Source of the DNA: Negaprion brevirostris
Lineage: Eukaryota
Direction: 5' to 3'
Assembly (NCBI GenBank): GCA_030324005.1
Contig: JARDVH010000143.1
Coordinates: forward strand, 4,429,925-4,493,924
Length of the DNA stretch: 64,000 nt
Made by a program: the position numbers and the translations under genes
Notes under the pieces: model-generated
What the model was told of the DNA's origin: nothing
Database searches by the model: none
The model's input: the letters and a program-made list of their open reading frames with translations, nothing else
Shown: positions 13,141-24,235 of the stretch, one piece after another
How the letters are laid out: the number at the start of each line of letters is the position of its first letter
Numbering within the stretch: the stretch's first letter is position 1

Positions 13141-13975
13141 ACTATCCAAGTAGACAAGTGGCAAGTTTCAGTCATGCTGCACAAGTTCCAGGCAATCATC
13201 ACCTCTAACAAGTGAAAATCTAACCATTATTTTTGACATTTTAATGACATCACCATTGAAACCCCACTGTCAACAAGTTCAAAAACTGAATTGGGACAGC
13301 CATATAAATACTGCGGCTACAAGAGCCGGTTGGAGACTAAGAATCCTGTGGTGTGTAACTCACCTCCTGACTCCAATGCCTGCCCACCAGCAAAATGCAT
13401 CAGTGTGGTGGAATACACCCCCCTTGCCTGGATGAGTGCAACTCCAACAACATTCAGGAAGCTTGACACAATCCAGGACAAAGCANNNNNNNNNNNNNNN
13501 NNNNNNNNNNNNNNNNNNNNNNNNNNNNNNNNNNNNNNNNNNNNNNNNNNNNNNNNNNNNNNNNNNNNNNNNNNNNNNNNNNNNNAAAAATTCACCCCCC
13601 CCCCCCCCCCCAGTCACTGAACAGTGTGTACCATCTACAAGATGCACTGCAGCAACTCGCCAAAACTCCTTGGGCAACATCTCAAGCTATGACCACTACC
13701 ATTTGGAAGGAACAGGACAGCAGACACATGAACACTGGCGATTTCCCTTCAAGCCACTTACCATCCTGACTTGGAAATATATTGCAGTTTCTTTACTGTT
13801 GCTGGGGCGAAATTCTAGAATCCTATCCCAAACAGCACTGGGTGTATCTACACCACGTGGGCTACATCAGGTCAAAACAGTAGCTCAGCACCACCTTTTG
13901 AATGGTAATTGGGGATGGGCAATATATAAATGAAGGCTTATTCAGCAATGTTCACACCCCTTCAAGGAATTTAAA
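13140..13975 (+). mobile_element. CR1/L2-group LINE 3' portion (same family as 190-1784)
   Basis: Frames LNWDSHINTAATRAG.RL.IL and VEYTPLAWMSATPTT.RKLDTIQDKA. Ends with the GGGATGGGCAATA tail. Contains an N gap. Confidence 0.85.
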
Positions 13976-16900
13976 AAAACTTTGCACAGTTTGACTGCCA
14001 TACTTGCCAATGCAACAAAGTGATTATACTCAAATTCCATCCATGGGCCATTCGGGTCATGAAAGTCATAGCCATGCAAGTTTGTTTTTCTACATGGGGT
14101 GCAAAAATCCAGATGGTGTTGGAATTTTAACAGCATCATTGATGCAATTGCGGTTGGAGATTTTGACATGAATTTTGATTTAAACATTGGATACACAGTG
14201 GGATGGGGAACATTGTCTGAAACACTGTCGCAAGTGAATATTGTCACCTAATTAGCATATTTAGTGCCAGTGAATGATGTAAGAACAGTAACATGGTACA
14301 AAGTTGAAATTGAATAGTTTTTTTTGTGCAGCTGGTTTTATAGCTTTTAAAGGAAAAAATTACTTTGCAAAGTAATGTTTGGACTGCTGAATAGTAGGAA
14401 CAGAGCTACAATTTGTAACAGATTGTCTGTGGGTAAATAAAATGATGGGTCATTTATTTTGATTACACTTATTGTAATATTTTTGCCTGATTTATATGGT
14501 TATGTAAATTTAACAGCAATTGCAGTAAATCATGAGTGCAGTTGAAATTATTGCTGCTACCTAGATGCAATAACCTGATGTGACCGGTTTTTGTTTTTCC
14601 AAGATTTGCAGGATGTGGCTGTTGCTGACTAGGCCAGCATTTATTGTCCATCCCTGGTTTCCCTTGAGAGTGGTGGTGAGCTACCACCTTGAACTGTTGC
14701 AGCCCATGTGCTGTAAGTGCACCCACAATACTGTTTAGGAAGGACTTGTGATTTATAATGCAGCATTTAAATACAATATATTGACATCACTCATGCTATG
14801 ACAACCTGATCATGTATGCTAGGTTAGCCAATACATTAGCCTCTACCACATGGCTGATTGGGAATCCAAATTCTGCTCATTGCATTTCTGAAATAAATAA
14901 AACATTATTAATAGATAATGTCATCACACAGGTAATTGCAATATGCAAATTTGCATACCTGTTTTGCCTCCATTTTGTGACGTATTTTTGCTCAGTGCTT
15001 GCTTCTGTGGTTACTGAATTATTTTAATGGGTGGGGGGGGGAGAGAAGCTTTGGAAAATGAGCCACTTGAAGATTATACAAGTAATTATGCACATGACCT
15101 ATATTTGNNNNNNNNNNACATAGACAGTTCTCTAAATTACTGTAGCTGAAGCCACGTGTCAGAGACACCCTTTGCTAATCAGCAATTTTTACTAAACTGT
15201 TCCATGATTTCCTTCACTTGGATTTATACAGAGGTGAGCATAAACCTCTCTAATGCGTTTGGTATCTTTAGGTCAAAAACATGATTTTTTGATTTATTGT
15301 CACCAGTATGCAGTGAAAAGTATTGTGTGCTATACAGACAAAGCATACCATGCATAGAGAAGGAAAGTGCAGAATGTAGTGTTACAGTCATTTGGTAAGG
15401 TTTAGAGAAAGATTTAAAGCATTGTTGGTGTGTTTAAAAGAGTTAGAATGAAGTTTTAGAAGCATAGAATCAGAAGGTATGCTGGGCACAGCTTGCAAGA
15501 AGTTGCCTTGCTCTGGTGCCATCTTAGAAATGAGGAAACCATTGAGTAGAATTGTCCTTCGAATTAAATATTTCGACCCCAAAAAAAGCCATGACCGTTG
15601 CAAGTAAATCCTTTCTATTCTACTCAGCTCAGTATGCCTAGAGAAATTGGCCTTTTTTTTCTCCATGGTATTTTAACACTTGATGTAACATTACCATTAA
15701 AATTATTTGAAAGCTGCTCCTGAGCATTGACTGCAGATTCATTTTCCATGCACTAGCTTTACAATTGTTTCTGTAATCAAATAATGGCAGTGTTTAATAA
15801 ATTAGTGACTTGCATCCTGTACCTTTTTAATCATGCTTCCATGTGACAATAGTTAATTGCACTTCATAGCTATAATCTAATTAACTTTGTTTTAACTAAA
15901 CATCACATTTTTGATTTTTAAAAAAAAATAATTTGCTGAACTTCAGTTGAAAAGCTGGTTTGCTAAGATACATAGCTGCTCAGCCTAATAGTAATAGAGT
16001 GCACAATTTGGAATGGAATTGCAATTGTAAACATCCAGATTAAATGTGTTTTCTTGCTGTAGGCCATTTAGTGACAGGCTCATGAATTGTGCTTGAAAGG
16101 GAAATAAGAGGAAAGGGCAGTTTTAATGAAAAAGCCTCTTCTGTGTTCTGCTTTGTTAATATATGGCAGATTACTTCATTTATTAAAGATCTACCCTCCA
16201 TTAAATGTGAGGAATTGTACCAAAATTATATTTATCCCACTTTTGACATGGTGAGTAAGTATTTAAATCAGAAGATGTTTTTCTAAAGCTTTATTATCTT
16301 TTTAGTCATGACCTTGGAAATATGCATGTTTGCCTTTCCTCTGAAAAATCACTTTGCTCTTCAGACTATCACCTAAGTGCTCTTGATTTTGGTGCTTTCC
16401 ACAGTTGCAGAATCTGCTGCTGGCACCGACTTTCTATCCTAGAAATTGGCTTAATCCATGATTTTAAAAGCTTCTGCTATAACCACTCAGCAATGGGTCA
16501 CCACATGTATTGTGAGTTCTGTTTAAATACCTTCACCTTCAAACCCTATGATGGTATCTGCTATCAACAAAGACTGTTTGTGCTTATCTACTGTCTTCTG
16601 TGATCACTCCAACATATGTAGTTGACTCTTCCTCTGATTCCTCTTTTGTGCTATACAGCTACTGCTTTAGTGCCTGCACTTTCTAGATCTCATGGTATGA
16701 TCTTACTTCAGTTCCCCAAATAATTCCTATCAGAAGCCTTGCCTTGTTTTTTACTTCCACCCCTTATCCTTTGTCCATTTTAAATGTTTTTCCTTCAGGT
16801 GAACATTCACATCTTACCCATGAATTAAAGCTGCATCCAAGATAATGGATTATCTTCTGACCATAGTTACTTGCACTCAAATCTCAGGATTTTTTTTATA

Positions 16901-17650
16901 CTGTTAGTTTCTGAAGACTGTGTATCTCTCACACTTCCCTCTGGCCCCAAATCTACACTGCTTCAGCTTTTCTGTATTTTGACCCAACATTCAGCTGCAG
17001 ATCCTGGTTACTGTATAGAAGAATGACCAAGGTGGAAGTGGTTGCTCAACACCAAGGCAACATTTTCAGTGTGGCACCAGCGAACCTTTAGAATTTAATT
17101 TGGAAACTTAATAACACAACAAGATTGTGTCTCTTGGGAGGCCAATTATTGTAGCCCTAGTGCACATACTCTCCTTGGTCCTCTATTCCTTTTAAGAGAT
17201 ACTTTACTGGGCCTAATTTCTCTGTACTTGGATTTAAAAAAAAAAAATTGTTTCTATTAAGACTCATTTTGTCTTTTCATGAATTGAGATCCAGGATTGA
17301 GCAATCTACCCTCTAACATAGACCTTTAAATTTGGGAATCTGCTTTGGATGACTTCATCTGTAGTAATGAGACCAAAACCAAACAGTGCTGAAACCACAC
17401 CTTGGGGTCCATCAGTACAACATTTTCAGATGCTTGTAAATTCCAAGACTGTCTCAAACTATTTACCTGTCTCCCTACCTGGTCTATACAGCCCTGTTCT
17501 ATCCTTCACTTGCTTTCTTGAGCTTTAGGCATGTTGCAGATTTTTTGTTTAAAAAGTAAACCTGACCAGAAAGTTACAGTCCTTTGTCACATCTCCATAC
17601 AATGATAGCATGTTGTTTATGCCATTTTCCTGAAACCCCTTTAGAAGAAG

Positions 17651-17960
17651 GGGAGGTGATGGCTTAGTGATATCATCACCTAGACTATTAATCCAGAGAC
17701 TCAGCTAATGCTTTAGGGGCCTGGGTTTGAATCTCACCATGGCAGATGAGGGAATTTGAATTTAAAAAAAAATGGAATTAAGAATCTACTGATGACCATG
17801 AAGCCATTGTTGATCGTCGGAAAAACCCATCTGGTTCACTAATGCACTTTAGGGAGGGAAATCTGTCTGGCCAAAGCCATAGCAATGTGGTTGACTCACA
17901 ACTGCCCTCCAAACAAGAGCAAGTAGGAATGGGCAATAAATGCAGGCCAGCCATGTTCCA
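17651..17960 (+). mobile_element. tRNA-headed SINE carrying the CR1/L2-group LINE 3' tail
   Basis: A-box-like TGGCTTAGTGA and B-box-like GGTTTGAATCTC. The tail AGGAATGGGCAATAAATGCAGGCCAGCCA matches the LINE ends near 13915, 30597 and 49435. Confidence 0.8.
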
Positions 17961-19739
17961 AAATTTTTTTAAAGGCCAAAAGATGCTGTTGGCTTATTGA
18001 AATGTGAGGTGACATTTGGGGGAAAAGTGACAGAAGTCAGATCTGGCTTTACAGCAGTGAAGTTGGAGCAGCAGCTTGACAGGTCACCTTAAAATTTGCA
18101 TCAATATTTTCACTGGTGAATGAAATTAATGGGAGGAAGGGGTGGGGGTTTCACAATGCAGACTTTGAGCTTTCTGTTGATGTTTCTCTTATGANNNNNN
18201 NNNNTTATGAAGAGTTCCAAATTCTGAATTGTAATTTTACAGCTTTGTTGTACTAAAACTTGCCAGTAATGTATTCCCTACATGTGCAGATGCACTTTGC
18301 CAACCTCTTTCCATCTCAAGTTTTTAATCTTGATCAAACTTGACCACTTGGTTTGTTCCAATTGAGGACCATTTAAAATACATCTGGTGTGAAATGGTAT
18401 TTAGCTGCTCTCTTAATCACGTCACTGAATTGGAGTGGAGTCATGAGCAGGAAGCTGGCAAAATGGTGTCAGTCATTTGGAGTGTAATATAATAAATGCA
18501 AATAGTTCGCTCGCATAAGCTGCGAGGAACTTATAATGCAATGTGCTCTTGNNNNNNNNNNNNNNAATTTGCATAAGTCTCAGTGGCTCCAATAAGGAGC
18601 TAAATGTTGAAAATAGATTGCACAAATCTGAACAATTTGAAATTGCTTTTTGAAAATAACTGCACTTCAGTATTTCAGGGGCAACCCCATAAGTGAATAA
18701 TGCTACATTCTTCTAATCCCTTCAGGCACTATTTATGAAGTGGTGTGGAACTTCACAGCATATTGCCTGTGTGATAAAGCCCTTGCAGTGAGTGATTCCT
18801 CTCAGATGCACACTGACCACACCGCACAGTTTTCCTGTATGTAGCTGCACTTGAGCATTTTTAACAAGATTTTATTATTTTTGTCTGCCTGCTCTATTTT
18901 CTTGGTCCACTTTATTTTGAAAACTAGGCTTACTGTGCCAAACAAGTGGGAAAACATGTGAACATCCTTCATTATAAAGTATTTCCAGGAGTGGCAATAC
19001 CTCGTGACTTTAAAAAAGATTTTCAATGTAATTATGGATGACTGTATTGATCATGAAATAATTCAGCCCAACTGCTGGGCTTGTTTGTATCAAATCCATT
19101 CCTCAGTTTTAATGAACTAATTTTTAAATCCTTTGAGCTGATTGATTTTTATAAGCTTTCTCTTTTTAAAAAGAAACTGAAATTTGACTATTTTCTCACC
19201 AACTTAAGTTTAAGGCCAGTGAATAATTCTGAAACATCATAAATGGATATGGTGGCAGCAGAGAGATTTGTCTTGTTTGACAGGTATCCAGACCAGTTTG
19301 TGTAGAGGGACAGTAATGTATTTAAAGCATCAATCAATTCCTCTTGATCAAACTTTTCACCTTGGCATTAAGAATGTATGCCCATGGATGTGGAACATTC
19401 CAGTATGATCTGGCAAGAATGTGCAGCCTGCAGACTTTTTTAATCCCACTGTTTGAGGGCAAGAACCAAATTCAGATCTTGAAAACAGACATTTTAATGT
19501 ACATCTGCACCAACCATTTCAGCAAATTCGACTACTTTGAATATGTCAGATCTTTAATGTCTAAAAATATGCAGCAGATTGATTGTACTGTTAGAAATAA
19601 CATTTTAGAAATAAGATTGCTGAATGCAAGTTCCTATTCTGATAGTATGCAAGGAAGGCATACTAGGTATGACTAGAGAAGGATGCTTATGGGCTTTGCC
19701 TGTCCGTCTGGATTTTGAGTTGTCTTTTTGCTAGTTTGA

Positions 19740-20260
19740 GCCTTGGTGAGACCACACATGCAATATTGTATGTAGTTTTCATCTCCTTGCCAAAGGAAGG
19801 ATATACTGGTCATAGAGGAGTGCATTGAAGGTTTTATCAGACAAATCCTTGGGGTGGCAGGAATTCCTTATGAGGGGAGATTGAGAAACTGCCTTTTTGA
19901 CTCTGCCTCCATTCTCTTTAGAGGTGATCACCTCTAATGTACAACATTCTTACAGGGTTTGAGAAGGTACTTGCAGGAAGGATGTTTCCATTGGGTAGGG
20001 GCAGAGGATTCTAGAACCTGGGGACATAGTCTTAGAATAAGAGATGGGGAATTTTGTCAGAGGGCAGTGAATTTTTGCAATTCTCTACCCCAGAGAACTG
20101 TGGGTATGTTCAAAGCAACAGTCAATAGATTTCTAGATAACAGTGACATCAAAGGATATGGGAATACTGCAGGAAGATGTTAAGGTAGAAGATCAACCAT
20201 AATCTAGTTAAATGGCAAACCAGGCTCAGGGCTGAATGGTCTACTGCTCTTGTGTTCCTA
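19740..20260 (+). mobile_element. CR1/HER1-type LINE 3' end
   Basis: DSRTWGHSLRIR..VNFCNSLPQR..FKATVNRFL, followed by the GGGCTGAATGGTCTACTGCTC tail. Confidence 0.8.
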
Positions 20261-21520
20261 CAGACCGCCCATAAGGCTTTAATATTGGCTATTTTAAAGT
20301 GATCAATTTCCTTTTCACTTGTACGTGACCTTCACCAATGTTATAAAATTCAGCGTTCTAGGTTTCAACATCAGGGAATGGGGAATATTACATTAAGTCA
20401 TTGCAAATGGTTATAGAAGAAAAAGGGAGCAGGTAATGGGGCTGATGTTTCTGACCACTGGCATGGTCAATGATATGTTTTTGTCACATTCAGTGTTTTG
20501 CGCTGTATACATCAGTAAATAACATATTCACTTCCTTTGTCAAAAGCTTAACACCCACTCTCTGAATCCTGACATTATTCAGTAATTGCATTGTTTGTGT
20601 GCTTGTGATTGTCGTGCTAAAGGTCAGCATATTCCTTCTTGGTAAGGAACAGGTTAAGTTTGCATTGCACATCAAATTAAATTTTTGCATTCCCAATCAA
20701 AGACCTGTTACACTTTTGATCTCTGAGTACTTCCAGTATTCTTCCATTTGGATTGCTTTTTTAAACTTTTGAATTTATTATTTTTTTAAGTGAGGCTTGC
20801 GGGAACCTGGGGACCTGATGTTACAAGTTATGACTTAAATTCTAAATAATGTACAGCAAACAAAAACGCACCCACTCCGGAAAATAATACACATCAATTC
20901 CTTGGTGTCCTTTTAAATACCAATCAATTTTTCTTGCAAGTCGTCTTTCTTTTAAAGAAAAACAGTTTCCGAGAATGTTGCAAAGCCTCTGAGCTGGCCA
21001 CATGAGATATGAATGGTAGCATTCTTGCTTATAGTTACTACTGGCATTGTTTGAAAATATGCAGTGGATTCCAGTGAAATTCTGTACAGTACAGGGTAGC
21101 AACAGTATTGTCAGTAAGTATCATTTTGAAACTTGATATATGATTAGCTAGGACCTTGATTGCCTTAAGTTCATTTTTAAATATGTAATGTTTTCCAAAC
21201 TGGAGTGGGTTAAAACAAGCCATTTCAATAAAAACTCCAATGTCAGTCTATCCATAACGCAACCATATATTTTTATACCTGCAGTGGGTAGTTATACTGT
21301 GCCTGTAAGTAACTCTGTAACAACGCTAAAATCAGTAAGAAGTCTCAACAACAAGTGAGACTTCTTGCTGTGTTTACCCCAGTCCAGCACCAGCACATCC
21401 ACATCATAATGCTAATATTCTCTCAAAAGGAGAGCAGCCGATGTTTATTGTGCCCAAATTATTCTCTGATTTTTAAAATTCTTCAAGCTCCATTGACAGA
21501 AGCAGGATGTAACTTTTTCA

Positions 21521-21745
21521 GTGTGGCCATTTAAGAGGTTGGTTAGTTTAGATGGCTGGTTTGTGATGCAGAACAACACTAAAGTGTGGGTTCAATCCCT
21601 GCAGTGGCTGAAGTGGTTCAAGACCATCTCCCTTCTCCTCAACCTTGCCTCTCACCTCGGCTGTGTTGATCCTCAGTTAAATCAGTATCAGTCAGCTCTC
21701 CAATTGAGAGAATGGTCATCTGGGACTATAGCACTTCATTTTATC
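21521..21745 (+). mobile_element. tRNA-derived SINE (third family)
   Basis: B-box GGGTTCAATCCC and a body ending TGGTCATCTGGGACTAT. The same tail (CTATGGTCCTCTGGGACT) occurs at 54821-54838. Confidence 0.6.
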
Positions 21746-21904
21746 CTTTTATGTGCATTTTATTTGTTGGCTACCATCATCTGCTTAGACACGATTAACC
21801 CAATTTAGTTCAATTAAAAATTCCAAGTGCTCAGCTGAAAGTACACCACATTTTCCAATTTCTCTGACGCGAGAGAAACTCATGCTAGTTGTACTTTATA
21901 GTTT

Positions 21905-22190
21905 GGGGTGGTACAACGGTTAGCACTGCTGCCCCACAGTGCCAGAAACCTGGATTCGACTCCTGGCTTGGGCCACTGTGCAAAGTTTGCACGTTCTCCC
22001 CATGTCTGTGTTTCCTCAGGGTGCTCTGGTTTCCTCCCACAGTCCAAAGATGTGCAGATTAGGTGAACTGGCCATGATAAATTCTCCCTCTGTGAATCTG
22101 CACAAGTGCAGGAGTGTGGCGACGAGGGAATTTTCACTAACTTCATTGCGTTTGTTAATGCAAGCCTACTTGTGACTAATAAATTTAAAT
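21905..22190 (+). mobile_element. HE1/V-SINE-type SINE with alternative tail B
   Basis: Standard head and core, then TTCTCCCTC..GGAGTGTGGCGAC..AACTTCATTGC..GCCTACTTGTGACTAATAAA. Confidence 0.85.
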
Positions 22191-24235
22191 ATCCCATTCA
22201 TCAGTGGTGTTTCTCGCTGCTGTCTGACTTTGCAGTTTATGGTCAGTGCAGTCATAGTTTGTTGTTCCTCATTTTAAGGAAAGCTTTTTTACATCTCTTT
22301 CCCCTCCTACTGACTCCCATCTGAGACAGTTTACTTGTCTTTACCACCCTTGTCCCACTTTCTGCCCTGCAGCTTCCCTCAACCTTTTGTCCCTGTTCAC
22401 TTCATGTGCTTTGCACGAGCTTTCCGTTTTCATTGCTTTTTTTTCTCATTTTTAATGTAGCTTCTATTTAAAGTATAAACATTAGACTTTCTAATAGCTA
22501 AAAGAAATATACTGACTGTAAAAGAAAATGGTCTTGTGTGAATGCCAGGTCAAATCATTCCACGCGCCCCCGCCCCTCTCTCGCCCCCACACCCCTCTCT
22601 CGCCCCCACACCTTCCCAGGCTCTCGAATCTCAAGATTCTCCATGGGCTTGGCTGGTGGTTTTACCATTTTTGCATATAATTAAAGATTGAAAAGTGATT
22701 TAATTTCACAAAGATGCTGTACACNNNNNNNNNNNNNNNNNNNNNNNNNNNNNNNNNNNNNNNNNNNNNNNNNNNNNNNNNNNNNNNNNNNNNNNNNNNN
22801 NNNNNNNNNNNNNNNNNNNNNNNNAAGTTGATCCATTTATGCAGTTTTTGTATTTCATGACCTTACATGGAGAAGAAGATTTGCTAAGAGGCTGCTATAC
22901 AAAAGATAATTGGTGAGTGATGTCATTCTGCCTTTGAGCTGATCTGTTCATCGGGTTAGCCAAGATTCAGCTTGTAAAATGTAAACATGCAATTCGCTGT
23001 GTTTACTCCTAGCTGCATCATCAGCTGAACTGTTTTTTTCCAGCGACTTTCAAACACAGAAATTATCTTGCACATACTCCCTGCGGAGGATTCTTAGCTG
23101 CCTGCAATTCTGAGTCAGGAGGCGACGCACTTCCATAAAAAGGCATATTTTCTGAGGGGAAAAAATGATCTGCAGCATGGGAGGAAATGGCCAGAAGCGG
23201 AACTAATAAGTGTTCTGCAATGCAGTGCCGAGAGGGGAAACGCAACAGTAGACCAGGGAGGGAATCCAAATGTTGCAGAGGGAAGCTTAGCTGTTTTACA
23301 AATCTTTAAAGTATGTCTTCAGGCTCTGGATTCTAAGTCAGTCTAACATAGTTTACCCTTTCTCTCGGGTGTCTCTTGAGAGAAGTACCAAAAAGTACTT
23401 ATGCAAAGTATTTTTGTGGTTGATTAGAAAATAAAACTTGATATTTTCTACTACAAGTGATAAAATATCACCAGAATTTGCAATTAGTATTTATTTTGTA
23501 AGAGTCAAACAAAAGTAGACGTGTATTGCCAACTTAAATTGGTGCAAGTCATTACTGGTCTGACATCCTACTTTGATTAACGGATCTTTCACCTGCCCAT
23601 CAGTAAATAGCCAACGAAGTACTTTTTTTACTTTTTCTCCCAGTTTACTGATCTTAAGTTGCAACTTTTAATGAAAGACAACTGATTTTCAGCCCCAGAT
23701 GGGAAATGGCTGCCTTAAAGTACCACACTGGAAACCTCAATCATAAATGACACTTCAGATTCAGTAAACATGCAAAATTATGTTTCTATATTTGTTTGTA
23801 TGGGACTTGACGACAACTGCGTGGTGTTGCATTGTGAATGGTATCATGCTGCCACTTTGAGTTTTTTAGCAAAAGACAAAGCATAAAGCGAATATATTCT
23901 AGTGAACTAAAATATCTTTCGGTGATTTAAATGAAATCACTAAATAGTTTAGGATTGAATAATGGGCTGGCAAATTTACAATACTGAGGCCATTTACCCC
24001 ATTGTGTCATCTCTGGCTGACCAGGATGCAGCTGACCTAATCCCAGTTTGGGCTGTTGGCCTGTAGTCTTCAAATGCATGTCCAGGTTCAAGAGGGTCTT
24101 GGAGGTGTGCTTTTTAAAGAGGAAAATCATCAATGGAGTCTGCCAATCCTGCCAAGCAGCACTGAACTAGTGAATCATAGTTGGAAGCTTAGGAGGAGTT
24201 AAAATGGAGTGAAGGATATAGAAAATGGAGCTTGG

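Noticed and set aside
22561-22620. GC-rich patch as RAP1A promoter or CpG island
   Set aside because: Only ~60 bp, and largely a short duplication of CCCCTCTCTCGCCCCCACAC. Too small to support.
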